A stretch of DNA of 53,537 nt from an uncultured Gemmatimonadaceae bacterium (GCA_964641215.1 CAZXKD010000001.1:23721-77257); one strand, 5' to 3'. Counted from the first letter of the stretch, positions 36,155-46,426 are shown. Notes: generated by a model from the letters alone, not told the origin. Translations and numbers: made by a program.

Positions 36155-37237
36155 TCAGGCGCGTCGCGCCCTCCGGGCGCCTGAGGACCGAAGCACCTGC
36201 CGCTCCGGGGTGGCGATCGGCAGACGGCGGATCTCCGGGAAGGCGTGGATGAACGCGTCCACGGCGCCGGGATCGAACTGTCGCCCCTTGCCCATGCGCA
36301 GCTCGTCCAACGCCCGCTCGACGGAGAGTGACGGGCGGTAGGGTCGCACGCTGGTCATCGCGTCGAACGCGTCCGCCACGCTCACGACGCGCACCTCAGC
36401 GGGGATGGCGTCCCCCGCGAGTCCATCGGGCAATCCCTTACCGTCGGGGCGCTCGTGGTGCGAGCGGACGATGGCGATGACGGTCGGCGCGTCGTTCAGC
36501 AGGGGGCCGAGGATGCGGGCGCCGATGACCGGATGCTCCATGACGTGGCTGTATTCGCGCTCGCTGAGGCGGCTCGACTTGTGAAGCACCTCCTCGCTCA
36601 CCCCGATCTTGCCGATGTCGTGCAGGTGGCCGCCGAGCGCGATGGTGCGGCGCGTCTCCTCGGACAGGCCGAGCTGGGCGGCGATGGCGACGCCGTATTC
36701 GGCGACGCGCAGCGAGTGACCCTTCAAGTAGGGATCCTTGGCCTCGAGCGCCTGGGCCAGCGCGCGCACGCCGCCGAGGAACAGCTCTTCGATGCGGCCC
36801 GCCTGCTGCTGCACTCGCTCCTCGAGATGCAGCTGGTAGTTGCGGTTCTCCATGATCAGGCGGCGCTTGTCGAGCGCCTGCATGACGCGGGCCCGGACCT
36901 CGTCCAGGTGGAAAGGCTTGGCCACATAGTCGAGGGCCCCGAGCTGCAGACAGGCCACCGCGCTCTCGACCTCTGCCACGGCGGTGACCATGACCACGGC
37001 GGTATCGGGCCAGCGGCTCACGATCTCCCGCAGCAGCGTGACGCCGTCCATCTGCGGCATGCGGAGGTCGGAGATGACGAGCGGCAGGCGTTCGTGCTCC
37101 AGAATGGCCAGCGCTTCGACGCCGGAGCCGGCCTCGCGGCAGGTGAACCCGTCTCCCTCGAGCAGGCGCACGAGGACGCGGCGCAGCCGCGGCTCGTCGT
37201 CCACCACGAGACACTGCATCGCGTTGGGTTGCGGCAT
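36155..37237 (-). CDS. Response regulator with HD-GYP-type phosphodiesterase domain
   Basis: REC: CLVVDDEPRL...LVISDLRMPQMDG...VAKPF. HD domain: HLHDIGKIGV and HHERPDGKGLPDGL (the GYP triplet reads GLP here). Confidence 0.9.
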   Translation of the reverse strand: MPQPNAMQCLVVDDEPRLRRVLVRLLEGDGFTCREAGSGVEALAILEHERLPLVISDLRMPQMDGVTLLREIVSRWPDTAVVMVTAVAEVESAVACLQLGALDYVAKPFHLDEVRARVMQALDKRRLIMENRNYQLHLEERVQQQAGRIEELFLGGVRALAQALEAKDPYLKGHSLRVAEYGVAIAAQLGLSEETRRTIALGGHLHDIGKIGVSEEVLHKSSRLSEREYSHVMEHPVIGARILGPLLNDAPTVIAIVRSHHERPDGKGLPDGLAGDAIPAEVRVVSVADAFDAMTSVRPYRPSLSVERALDELRMGKGRQFDPGAVDAFIHAFPEIRRLPIATPERQVLRSSGARRARRA

Positions 37238-37293
37238 CCCGGTTAACGTACTGGTCGCTTGCTCGATGCGGAAGCGGCCCTTACGTTCCGGCC

Positions 37294-38463
37294 ATGACCA
37301 AGGTGCTCGCGGAAGACCTCACCCGCCGCCTGGCGACGCAGGCGGTGCATGCCGGCCAGGTGGCGGACCCGCTCGCCGGCGCGGTCATGACGCCGATCTA
37401 TCAGACGTCCACCTACGTCCAAGACGGCCTGGGGCGCAACAAGGGGTACGAATACGCCCGCACTCGCAACCCCACCCGCGAGGCGCTGGAGCGCAACGTC
37501 GCCGCGCTGGAGGGTGGACGGCACGGCTTCGCCTTCAGCTCCGGCCTCGCGGCCGTCGACGCGACGCTCAAGCTGCTCTCGGCGGGCGACCATGTCGTGA
37601 GCGGCGAGAACGTGTACGGCGGCACCCACCGGCAGATGACCCACATCTGGGCGCGCCTCGGTCTGACCTTCACGTTCGTCGACGCCGCGGAGACCGAGCG
37701 GATCGCCAGCGCGGTCACGCCCCGAACCCGAATGATCTACGCCGAAACCCCCACCAACCCGATGATGCGCCTGTGCGACCTGCAGGCCGCCGGGGAGATC
37801 GCCAAGCGGGCCGGCGCCCTGTTCGTCGTCGATAACACGTTCGCCACCCCCTGTTTCCAGCGGCCGCTCCAGTTCGGCGCGGACATCGTGCTGCACTCCA
37901 CGACCAAGTACCTGAACGGCCATAGCGACATGGTCGGGGGCCTCCTCGTCCTCACGCGCGACGACCTGGCCGAGCGGATCGCGTTCGTGCAGAACGGCTC
38001 CGGCGCCGTGCCCGGGCCTTTCGACTGTTGGCTCGCGCTGCGCGGCACCAAGACCCTGGCGCTGCGGATGCGCCAGCACGACGCCAGCGGCCGGCGCATC
38101 GCCGAGTGGCTCACCAAGCATCCGATGGTCGAGCGCGTGTATTATCCGGGATTGCCGTCCCACCCCCAGCACGAGCTGGCCTGCCGCCAGATGAAGGGGT
38201 TCGGCGGCATGATCAGCCTCGAGCTCGGCAACGTGGACCGGGCCAAGCGCTTCGTCGAGCGGACTAAGATCTTCGTCCTCGCCGAATCTCTGGGCGGCGT
38301 GGAGAGCCTGGTCGGTCATCCGGCGTCGATGACGCACGCCAGCGTGCCGCCGGAGATGCGTCGGGCGATGGGGCTCACCGACAGCCTGGTGCGGCTCTCG
38401 GTGGGGATCGAGGACGTCGACGACCTGATCGGCGACCTCGATCAGGCGCTGACCGCAAGCTGA
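37294..38463 (+). CDS. Cys/Met-metabolism PLP enzyme (cystathionine gamma-synthase/gamma-lyase family)
   Basis: AVHAGQVADPLAGAVMTPIYQTSTY, and the PLP-lysine region HSTTKYLNGHSDMVGG. Confidence 0.9.
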   Translation: MTKVLAEDLTRRLATQAVHAGQVADPLAGAVMTPIYQTSTYVQDGLGRNKGYEYARTRNPTREALERNVAALEGGRHGFAFSSGLAAVDATLKLLSAGDHVVSGENVYGGTHRQMTHIWARLGLTFTFVDAAETERIASAVTPRTRMIYAETPTNPMMRLCDLQAAGEIAKRAGALFVVDNTFATPCFQRPLQFGADIVLHSTTKYLNGHSDMVGGLLVLTRDDLAERIAFVQNGSGAVPGPFDCWLALRGTKTLALRMRQHDASGRRIAEWLTKHPMVERVYYPGLPSHPQHELACRQMKGFGGMISLELGNVDRAKRFVERTKIFVLAESLGGVESLVGHPASMTHASVPPEMRRAMGLTDSLVRLSVGIEDVDDLIGDLDQALTAS

Positions 38464-38530
38464 GCGAGGCAGCACCAGAAACCCCGCCTGGCAAGGAGCG
38501 TAGGGGGGAACATCCCCACGGGAGACGACG

Positions 38531-39532
38531 ATGACCGACACAACGGGCGGGCTGCCCGCCGCGCGGCCCCGCAAGATCCTCACGCAGATCGCCCCAGTCA
38601 GCTGGGAGCACCCGGCCGACCGCGCCGCGCTGCAATCGCTGCGCGCCGTGCCCGGCTTCGACGAGGTCCTGAAGAAGGTCTACGGCTTCATCGGCGAGCG
38701 TGGCATCCGGCTGATCTTCCAGGCGGATGCGGTGCGGGTGGGCCCGAGCCAGTTCCCGCGCCTCAACGCCCTCTACACCGACGTGGTCACCTCGATGGAC
38801 TGGCCGGTCCGGCCCGAGCTGTTCGTGTCGCAGACCCCGTTCGCCAACGCGGGCGCCTTCGGGATGGACAAGCCGTTCATCGTCATCCAATCGGGGACGC
38901 TCAAGCTGCTCGACGACGACGAGCTCCGTAACGTCCTCGGCCACGAGCTCGGGCACGTGATAAGCGGGCACGCCCTCTACCACACGCTGCTGGTCCTGCT
39001 CCTCAACGTCAGCCTGTCGGCGCTGCCGTTCCTCGCCGGCATCGCCATTCTGCCGATCCAGCTCGCCCTGCTGGAGTGGTTCCGCAAAAGCGAGCTGTCG
39101 TCCGACCGCGCCGGCCTGCTGGCCTGCCAGGACCCCACCGCGTCGCTGCGCGTGAACCTGAAATTCGCCGGCGGCGGCGATATGACCCAGATGGACCTGA
39201 ACGCGTTCCTCGCCCAGGCCAAGGAGTTCGAGGAGACCGGCGGGGCCCTCGACCGAATCTTCAAGATCCTCGGCGTCATGGGCCGGTCTCACCCCTTCAA
39301 CACGGTGCGCGCGGCCGAGCTGCAGCGCTGGATCGAGGGCGGCGGCTACGACCGCATCCTGCGCGGCGAGTACACGCGCCGTGGGCCCGAGGCTGAGCAG
39401 CGGCCCGTCGACAAGGACCTGGACGAGGCCCGGGAGCACTACATGAAGGAAGCCAAGGCCGTCGTGGACGACGTGGTCGACTCCGCCAAGCGCGCGGCCC
39501 AGGCATTCTCGGACGCATTCAAGAAGAAGTGA
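38531..39532 (+). CDS. M48-family zinc metallopeptidase
   Basis: HEXXH motif LGHELGHVISGH followed by hydrophobic helices and a downstream SELSSDRAG (Glu ligand region). Confidence 0.85.
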   Translation: MTDTTGGLPAARPRKILTQIAPVSWEHPADRAALQSLRAVPGFDEVLKKVYGFIGERGIRLIFQADAVRVGPSQFPRLNALYTDVVTSMDWPVRPELFVSQTPFANAGAFGMDKPFIVIQSGTLKLLDDDELRNVLGHELGHVISGHALYHTLLVLLLNVSLSALPFLAGIAILPIQLALLEWFRKSELSSDRAGLLACQDPTASLRVNLKFAGGGDMTQMDLNAFLAQAKEFEETGGALDRIFKILGVMGRSHPFNTVRAAELQRWIEGGGYDRILRGEYTRRGPEAEQRPVDKDLDEAREHYMKEAKAVVDDVVDSAKRAAQAFSDAFKKK

Positions 39533-40839
39533 AGGTCCTGGTCGTCGGCGGGGGCGGCCGCGAGCACGCGCTGTGTTGGGCGCTGAAGCGCGACCACCCC
39601 GACGCCACCCTGTTCACCGCCCCCGGCAATCCCGGCACCGCCCAACTCGGCACCAACCTGACGATCGCCGCGACCGCCGTGGACGCTCTAGTCGCGGCGG
39701 TGCGCCACCACGCCATCGATGTCACCCTCGTGGGCCCCGAGGCGCCGCTAGCGGCCGGCCTCGCCGATGCGCTGCGCGCGACTGGGGCGGCGGTGTTCGG
39801 GCCGAGCGCCGCCGCGGCGCGGCTCGAGGCGTCGAAGGCCTTCGCCAAAGAGGTGATGGCCCGCGCGGACGTGCCCACGGCCGCGAGCCGCAGCTTCTCC
39901 GCCTTGGGGCCCGCGCTCGACTACATCCGCTCGCACGGCGAGCCGCTCGTGGTGAAGGCCTCCGGCCTCGCCGCCGGGAAGGGCGCCGTGGTCTGTGACA
40001 CGCGCGCGGCGGCCGCAGCGACCGCCCGCGCCATGCTCGCGGAAGGCAAACCCGGGGAGGCGGGCCGCGAGATCGTGGTCGAGCAATTCCTGACGGGCGA
40101 AGAGCTCTCGGTGCTGGCCCTGACTGATGGGGAGCGCGTCGCGATCCTCCCCCCAGCGCAGGACCACAAACGCCTGAGCGAGGGTGACAGCGGTCCCAAC
40201 ACCGGCGGCATGGGCGCCTATTGTCCAGTGAGCCTCGTCACCCCGGCGCTGCTCGAGAGAGTTCGCGGCGAGATCCTGGAGCCGACGCTGCAGGAGATGG
40301 CGGCGCGCGGGGCGCGGTTCGCGGGCGTACTCTATGCCGGCCTCATGATTGCTCCTGATGGCAGCCCGCAGGTCATTGAATTCAACTGCCGCTTCGGCGA
40401 TCCCGAAACGCAAGCCCTGCTCCCGGTGCTCCCGGAAGGGTGGACGCAGCACCTGGTGGACATCGCGGTCGGCCGCTGGCGTCCTCCGCGGCCCGTGGTG
40501 ACGGCGTCGCGGGCCGCGGTGACCACGGTGCTGGCCGCGCGCGGCTACCCGGACCGGCCGGAAACAGGCGTGACTATCGATCTGCCGCCCCCGGCCGACC
40601 TTGGCCCCGAGGTACTGGTGTTCCACGCGGGCACCGTCCGCGACCCTCCCCTCCCCCCCTCCACGGAGGGCACGCTGCGAACGGCCGGCGGCCGCGTGCT
40701 GGCGGTCACGGCGCTTGGGGCCACCGTGCCCGAGGCCGCGCGCCGCAGCGCCGCCGCCTGCGAGCGGATCACTTTCGACGGGAAGACATGGCGCCGGGAC
40801 ATTGCCTGGCGCGAGATGCGCCGTGCCGGAGCTGCCTGA
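39529..40839 (+). CDS. purD: Phosphoribosylamine--glycine ligase
   Basis: MKVLVVGGGGREHAL, ATP-grasp motifs, EFNCRFGDPETQ. GTGA overlap with the preceding gene. Confidence 0.95.
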   Translation: MKVLVVGGGGREHALCWALKRDHPDATLFTAPGNPGTAQLGTNLTIAATAVDALVAAVRHHAIDVTLVGPEAPLAAGLADALRATGAAVFGPSAAAARLEASKAFAKEVMARADVPTAASRSFSALGPALDYIRSHGEPLVVKASGLAAGKGAVVCDTRAAAAATARAMLAEGKPGEAGREIVVEQFLTGEELSVLALTDGERVAILPPAQDHKRLSEGDSGPNTGGMGAYCPVSLVTPALLERVRGEILEPTLQEMAARGARFAGVLYAGLMIAPDGSPQVIEFNCRFGDPETQALLPVLPEGWTQHLVDIAVGRWRPPRPVVTASRAAVTTVLAARGYPDRPETGVTIDLPPPADLGPEVLVFHAGTVRDPPLPPSTEGTLRTAGGRVLAVTALGATVPEAARRSAAACERITFDGKTWRRDIAWREMRRAGAA

Positions 40840-41650
40840 GGTCGAGACGATCGTCCGCGAGCTCGCGCCGCGGCTGGAAGGGTTCCGCATCGTGCGCGCC
40901 CGTCTCGCCAAGACGGACGTGCTGCGCCGCGTCTCCAAGCCGCGTCTGCTGCGGACGCTCCGGGGCAACACCTTCGAGGAGGTGAGCCGCCGCGCCAAGC
41001 ACGCGGTGTTCCGACTCGGCAGCGGGCACCGGCTGATCGTGCAACCCCGCATGACCGGATCGCTCGTCGTCCACGAACAGCCGCTGTCCCGCGCGGAGCG
41101 CCGCTACGCCGTCCTGGTGTGCACGCTGGAGGACGGCCGGCGGCTCGTGTACCGGGACGTCCGCCGGCTGGGGACGGTGTGGCTGCTCGACGAGGCGGGG
41201 TGGGCGGCCTACACCACGCGCATCGGCCCGGAGCCGCTCGACGACACCTTTACGCCGTTCGTCTTCGCCGAGCGCCTGCACGGCACGCGGGCCGCCATCA
41301 AGAAGGCCATCATGGATCAGCGCCGGCTCGCGGGCGTGGGCAATATCTACGCGAACGAGGCGCTGTTCGAGGCGGGCATCGATCCCTCCAAGACCACCTC
41401 CAAGCTGTCCCTCGAAGAGTTGGCCCGGTTGCATACGGCGGTGCGGGAGGTGCTGGAGCGGGCGGTCGACTCCTCAGGAACGACGGTGCGGGACTACCGT
41501 ACCGGCACGGGCGGCCGGGGGCGGTTTCAGTTCCAGCTCAAGGTCTACGGGCGAGGTCGCGAGCCGTGCGTGCGCTGCGGGCGTAGACTGGTGACCACCC
41601 ACGTCATCGATCTGCGGGCGACGACGTTTTGTCCCCGGTGCCAGCGTTGA
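40823..41650 (+). CDS. mutM: Formamidopyrimidine-DNA glycosylase
   Basis: The GTG at 40823 gives the N-terminus (M)PELPEVETI with catalytic Pro2. H2TH motif GNIYANEALF. C-terminal zinc finger CVRCG...CPRCQ. Overlaps purD by 17 nt. Confidence 0.93.
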   Translation: MPELPEVETIVRELAPRLEGFRIVRARLAKTDVLRRVSKPRLLRTLRGNTFEEVSRRAKHAVFRLGSGHRLIVQPRMTGSLVVHEQPLSRAERRYAVLVCTLEDGRRLVYRDVRRLGTVWLLDEAGWAAYTTRIGPEPLDDTFTPFVFAERLHGTRAAIKKAIMDQRRLAGVGNIYANEALFEAGIDPSKTTSKLSLEELARLHTAVREVLERAVDSSGTTVRDYRTGTGGRGRFQFQLKVYGRGREPCVRCGRRLVTTHVIDLRATTFCPRCQR

Positions 41651-41742
41651 GAACGCATGGCAAGGGGCCGCGCCGGCCCCTAGCCCCTGGGCACGGAGCG
41701 GCTAGCTTCTCCATTCCTCCTTCCGCTCCACGAGGTCGTCGC

Positions 41743-43257
41743 ATGCGACTGTTCCTGGGCTGCGCCGCGTTGCTCGTGCTCGCGCCCTCCCCGAAGCTCG
41801 CCTCTCAGCAGCAGTCACCGGGCGAGCAGCTGCCGGTGGTCAAGGACGTCCTGCCCAACGGCATGACCTTCCTGTTCCTGCGCCGCGCCGGGGCGCCGAC
41901 GGTCTCCTTCGTGACCCACTTTCGCGCCGGCGGCGTGGACGAGTGGACGGGGATCTCCGGGACGGCGCACCTGTTCGAGCACATGTTGTTCAAGGGCTCG
42001 CACGCGATCGGCACCAAGAACTACGCGGCCGAGGTGGCGTTGTTCCCGCGCATCGACGCGGTGGCTGATTCCTTCACCGCCGAGTACCGCAAGGGGGCGC
42101 TCACCGACAGTGCCCAGCTCCAACGGTTGCGCGACCGCCTCAAGACCCTGGAGGATTCGGCGCGGCAGTACGCCGTGAGCAACGAGCTGGACCACATCCT
42201 TACCGAGAACGGCGCGCAGAACCTCAACGCTTCCACCGGCAACGACCTGACTAACTACTTCTTCTCGCTTCCCGCCAATCGGGCCAAGCTCTGGTTCCTC
42301 CTGGAGAGCGACCGCATTAGGAATCCCGTGTTGCGGGAGTTCTACTCGGAGCGGGAAGTCGTCCTCGAAGAGCGCCGGCTGCGGGTGGAGACCCAGCCGT
42401 TCGGAATGCTGCTGGAGGAATACCTGGCGGCCGCCTTCCGCGCCCATCCCTACGGCCGCCCGGTGGTGGGCGTGGCGAGCGAGATCCAGACCGTCGATCG
42501 CCAGGCGGCCCAGGAGTATTTCCGGCGCTTCTATGGCCCCAACAACGCCGTCGTCGCGATCGTGGGGGACATCGACGTGGACTCGATGCGGACCTGGGCC
42601 TCGCGCTACTTCGGCGACATTCCCGCGGGCGAGCCGCATCGCCCCGTGGTGACGCAGGAGCCGCCGCAACGCGGCGAGCGCCGCATCGAAGTGGAGTACG
42701 ACGCCAACCCGCAGGTCCTGGTCGGCTATCACGTGCCGAGCGCCCGGCACCCGGACGCCCCGGCGTTGGCGGTGCTGTCGCAGATCCTGACGGGCGGCCG
42801 CACGTCACGATTGTTCCAGCGGCTCGTGATCCGTGACCGGGTGGCGACCACCGTCGCTTCCTTCCAGTTCCCGGGCAGCCTGTATCCGCGGTTGTTCACG
42901 TTTCAGGGCGTCCCCATCGCCCCGCACACCACCCAAGAGATCGAGACCGCCGTGTACGAGGAACTGGCCCGCTTGACCCGTGAGCCGCCGACCGACGGAG
43001 AGCTGCAGCGCGTGCGCAACCAGGTCGAGGCGTCCAGCATCCAGCGGTTGCAGTCGAGCTTCGGTTTGGCCTTTCAACTGTCGAACAGCGAGGCGCTGTG
43101 GTACGATTGGCGCCAGACGTTCCGCGATCAGGCGGCCCAGGCGCGGGTGACCGCCGCGGACGTGCAGCGCGTCGCCAAGACGTACTTCACGCCGACCAAC
43201 CGCACCGCCGCGACGCTCGTCAGGCCGCCCAAGCCCGCCACGGGAGGGACCAACTGA
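41743..43257 (+). CDS. M16-family zinc peptidase (catalytic subunit type)
   Basis: The ATG at 41743 gives signal peptide MRLFLGCAALLVLAPSPKLASQQ. Inverted zinc motif HLFEHMLFKG (HxxEH). Confidence 0.85.
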   Translation: MRLFLGCAALLVLAPSPKLASQQQSPGEQLPVVKDVLPNGMTFLFLRRAGAPTVSFVTHFRAGGVDEWTGISGTAHLFEHMLFKGSHAIGTKNYAAEVALFPRIDAVADSFTAEYRKGALTDSAQLQRLRDRLKTLEDSARQYAVSNELDHILTENGAQNLNASTGNDLTNYFFSLPANRAKLWFLLESDRIRNPVLREFYSEREVVLEERRLRVETQPFGMLLEEYLAAAFRAHPYGRPVVGVASEIQTVDRQAAQEYFRRFYGPNNAVVAIVGDIDVDSMRTWASRYFGDIPAGEPHRPVVTQEPPQRGERRIEVEYDANPQVLVGYHVPSARHPDAPALAVLSQILTGGRTSRLFQRLVIRDRVATTVASFQFPGSLYPRLFTFQGVPIAPHTTQEIETAVYEELARLTREPPTDGELQRVRNQVEASSIQRLQSSFGLAFQLSNSEALWYDWRQTFRDQAAQARVTAADVQRVAKTYFTPTNRTAATLVRPPKPATGGTN

Positions 43258-44696
43258 TGCGCGCGCGCGCGTTGCTCGGCACGTTGCTGGTCGCGGCCGT
43301 CCCGGCCGGCGCTCAACAGCCGGCCGACACCCGAGCCCAGATCCAGGCGCTGCAGTATCCGCCGCTCCGCTTCAACCCGCCGACGCCGAAGCGGGTGACC
43401 CTCTCCAACGGCGTGCCGGTGTACCTGCTCGAGGACCACACCCTGCCGCTTCTCGACGTGGAAATCGTCTCGAAGGTCGGCGTCGCGAACCTCCCCGACT
43501 CGCTGTGGGGAGTCGGGTGGCAGGCTGACAACCTCATGCGCACCGGGGGCACGACGCGGCTGTCCCCCGACTCGGTCGACAGGCTGATTGACTTCTACGC
43601 CCTCAACGTCTTCGTCTCGACCGGCAACGAGACCAGCACGGCGTCGTTCTCCGGGCTGTCGCGCTACCGCGACCAGCTGCTCGACCTGTCGTTCGACCTG
43701 ATGCGCAACCCCAGGAACGACAGCTCCCGGGTCCGCATCACCGCCGCCCAGCAGCAGGAAAGCTGGCGTCGCCGCAACGACCAGCCGGGCTCGGTGCTCG
43801 GGCGCGCCTGGAGTCAGGTGGTGCTCGGTGACCATCCCATCGGCCGCACGCAGGTGACGCCCGCGGAGATCGCGGGATTCACCCCCGAGCGCTTTCGTTG
43901 GACCGAGCAGCGGCTGTTCTGCCCCGACAACCTGGTGCTCGGCGTCTCGGGCGATTTCGTCGAGAAGGACATGCTCGCCAGGCTGGAGCAGCTGTTTCAC
44001 GGGTGGGCCAAGTGCACGCCGGGGATGCGGCCGGTGCCGCCCCTCGTGATCGCGCAGGGGCCGAAGACGGTGCTGGTCGAGAAGGACGTGAATCAGACCA
44101 ACATCCGGATGGGCCACGCGGGCGGCATCAAGGTCGGCAACACCCCGGAGTACTTCGCGGCCGCGGTAGCGGACTTCCTGCTGGGCGGCGGCGGCGGCTT
44201 CAACTCGCGGCTGCTGCAGCGGGTGCGCAGCGACTCGGGATTCGCCTACAGCGTCTTCAGCAACTGGGGGACGGACACCCGGCGTGAAGACGTGTTCTTC
44301 GCCGGCGCCCAGGTCCGGGCCGAGAAGACGGTCGCCGCGCTGACGCTGATGCGGGACATCATCGGCTCGATGGCGTCGCAGCCCGTCACCGCGCAGGACG
44401 TCAAGCTGGCCCAGGACAACGAGGTCAACTCTTTCGTCTTCCGGTTCCAGAACGCCGGCCAGATCGTCGGCCAGCAGCTGCAGTACGCCGTGGACGGCCT
44501 GCCGGCCAACTGGTTCGACCTCTACCTGAAGGGAATCCAGGCCGTCACGCCCGACCAGGTGCGACGGGTATCCGAGAAGTACCTGCACCCGGACCGGCTG
44601 ATCACCGTGGTGGTGGGCAAGGTCAGCGCGTTCGACAAGCCGCTGGCCACATACGGACCGGTGACCGCGATGCCGGTGGACAGTATCCGGCGCTAG
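43257..44696 (+). CDS. M16-family peptidase-like protein lacking HxxEH (non-catalytic partner type)
   Basis: ATG overlaps the previous TGA by 1 nt. Signal peptide MRARALLGTLLVAAVPAGAQQ. M16 fold-like sequence with no HxxEH motif seen. Confidence 0.8.
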   Translation: MRARALLGTLLVAAVPAGAQQPADTRAQIQALQYPPLRFNPPTPKRVTLSNGVPVYLLEDHTLPLLDVEIVSKVGVANLPDSLWGVGWQADNLMRTGGTTRLSPDSVDRLIDFYALNVFVSTGNETSTASFSGLSRYRDQLLDLSFDLMRNPRNDSSRVRITAAQQQESWRRRNDQPGSVLGRAWSQVVLGDHPIGRTQVTPAEIAGFTPERFRWTEQRLFCPDNLVLGVSGDFVEKDMLARLEQLFHGWAKCTPGMRPVPPLVIAQGPKTVLVEKDVNQTNIRMGHAGGIKVGNTPEYFAAAVADFLLGGGGGFNSRLLQRVRSDSGFAYSVFSNWGTDTRREDVFFAGAQVRAEKTVAALTLMRDIIGSMASQPVTAQDVKLAQDNEVNSFVFRFQNAGQIVGQQLQYAVDGLPANWFDLYLKGIQAVTPDQVRRVSEKYLHPDRLITVVVGKVSAFDKPLATYGPVTAMPVDSIRR

Positions 44697-44706
44697 ACCA
44701 ACTCCC

Positions 44707-45273
44707 CTACCGGTTCCCCGGCGCCGGGGTCGAGAACTTGAACTTCTCGGCCGGCGTGAGGTTCACGTGGCCCACCGACTGCCCGATCCGGACACTCCCA
44801 TCCGGCACCTTGGCCCCGTGTGGCCACAAGTCGAAGATGATGCCATCGGTCGTCGCCACGAGGTCCGCCACTTTCTTGGCGTCGTCCGGCGGCAGGTCCA
44901 GCACCTGCACTCGGCCCGTCGCGATCTCCTGGGCGTGATCATGCCAGTTCTTGTTCCACACCGCGAGCGGGATCGCGTTCGTCCTCGTCACCGTCTTGGC
45001 GACGATGTACTCGATCTGCACGAGGTTCGCGTTCGAGTCGGTCGACAGATAGATCAGGCACTCGATGTATGGCTCGGGCGAGACAACCTTGCAGTAATGG
45101 TGGTAGGGTCCGCTAACCTGCCCGTTCACCACATGCGGCGCGAGGACGTGGATCGTGTGGCCGTCTGCGGGTGTCGGTGACGCCGTCGGGGGCCGCCCGT
45201 GCGCCCGATACGTGAAGGCGCCAACGGCCAGGGCCGCGACGAGACTTCCGAGGATCGTGAAGTGGCTGCGCAT
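44707..45273 (-). CDS. DUF1264/OBAP-like protein, secreted or membrane-anchored
   Basis: ATG at 45273 with GGAGG 6 nt upstream. N-terminal hydrophobic segment. The motifs GPYHHYC, ECLIY, VQIEYIV and WHDH resemble the DUF1264 family. Confidence 0.68.
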   Translation of the reverse strand: MRSHFTILGSLVAALAVGAFTYRAHGRPPTASPTPADGHTIHVLAPHVVNGQVSGPYHHYCKVVSPEPYIECLIYLSTDSNANLVQIEYIVAKTVTRTNAIPLAVWNKNWHDHAQEIATGRVQVLDLPPDDAKKVADLVATTDGIIFDLWPHGAKVPDGSVRIGQSVGHVNLTPAEKFKFSTPAPGNR

Positions 45274-45349
45274 GCTCGCCTCCGGGTAGGGGACGAAAGG
45301 AGAGGGGTGCAAACGTACGATCCAGGACCGAATGTCGGAAGGCCGGTTC

Positions 45350-45829
45350 CTACACCTCGAGCGGGACGATCCGCGCCCGCGGCGGAATGCCCGGCTCGAG
45401 CTCCAGGATGCCGACTGACGGCGCCAGCCCGAAGCGCGGGTGCCCCGCTCCCCCGGGATTCATCACGGTGACCGTCCGGTCCACCAGCTCGAGCAGCGGC
45501 TTGTGCGTGTGTCCGTACACGATGATCTCCGCGCGCGGAAAGGCGTCGTGGAGCGCGGCAGGCGTGGGATGCCCGAACTGGTCCCCATGGGTCACGACGA
45601 TGTCGAAGCCGTCCAGCTCGACCTGGGCCACCTGCGTCAGCTTGCGGCGCAGCTCCGGTCCATCAGTGTTGCCGTAGACCGCCGTGACGGGGGCCAGCGC
45701 CTCCAAGTCGATCAGGATCTCCCACCGCCCCACGTCCCCACCGTGCAGGATATGATCGACCTTCTTGAACACCTCGAACACGTCGGACCGCAGCAAGCCG
45801 TGGGTGTCGGAGATGACGCCGAGGCGCAT
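45350..45829 (-). CDS. YfcE/MJ0936-type metallophosphoesterase
   Basis: MRLGVISDTHG, HGGDV, GNTD, VTHGD, GHTH: the calcineurin-like phosphoesterase motif set. Confidence 0.87.
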   Translation of the reverse strand: MRLGVISDTHGLLRSDVFEVFKKVDHILHGGDVGRWEILIDLEALAPVTAVYGNTDGPELRRKLTQVAQVELDGFDIVVTHGDQFGHPTPAALHDAFPRAEIIVYGHTHKPLLELVDRTVTVMNPGGAGHPRFGLAPSVGILELEPGIPPRARIVPLEV

Positions 45830-45832
45830 GCT

Positions 45833-46426
45833 TCACTGCTCCCCGCTTCCCCACCGCTTGACCAGCGCGATCTCGAGGTCGAGGTGATCCAGGACCCGCT
45901 GGACCACGAAGTCCACGAGCTCGCGCACCTGCTGGGGCTTGTGATAGAAGCCCGGGGCGGCGGGCAGCACGGTCGCCCCCGCCTCCGCGGCGAGCGTGAG
46001 GTTGCGCAGGTGGACGAGTGACAGGGGCGTCTCGCGCGGCACGAGGATCAGCCTGCGGCGCTCCTTCAGGACCACGTCGGCGGCCCGTTCGATCAGCGAG
46101 CGACTCGTCCCGTGGGCGATCGCCGCCACAGTGCCCATCGAGCAGGGGCAGATCACCATCCCCGCGGTCTTCGCCGAGCCCGAGGCGGGCTCCGCGCCAC
46201 GATCCTTGTCGTCGAACGCCCGCACGCTCGTCCACTCGCCGCCGGTGGCCTTCTTGAGCTCGCGGTCGTCCCGGATGCCGCATTCCTCGGCGAGCAGCCG
46301 CCAGCCGTGGGCGGAGATCATGAGCCACGTGGGCGCGTGGTGCGTCGCGAGCACTTCCAGCAGCCGCAGCCCGTACGGCGCGCCGGAGGCGCCGGTGATG
46401 GCGAGAATGACCGGGAGCCGGGCCAC
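45833..46426 (-). CDS. ubiX: Flavin prenyltransferase UbiX family
   Basis: ITGASGAPYGLRLLEVL, ICPCSMGTVAAIAHG, and a 197-aa length. GTG start. Confidence 0.9.
   Translation of the reverse strand: MARLPVILAITGASGAPYGLRLLEVLATHHAPTWLMISAHGWRLLAEECGIRDDRELKKATGGEWTSVRAFDDKDRGAEPASGSAKTAGMVICPCSMGTVAAIAHGTSRSLIERAADVVLKERRRLILVPRETPLSLVHLRNLTLAAEAGATVLPAAPGFYHKPQQVRELVDFVVQRVLDHLDLEIALVKRWGSGEQ

Noticed and set aside
37238-37293. SAM-type riboswitch upstream of the Cys/Met PLP enzyme; also a glmS ribozyme upstream of glmS.
   Set aside because: The metB-like leader is at most 56 nt and shows none of the conserved riboswitch cores I can recall. The glmS start is buried in the glmM coding region (16-nt overlap), leaving no room for a ribozyme.
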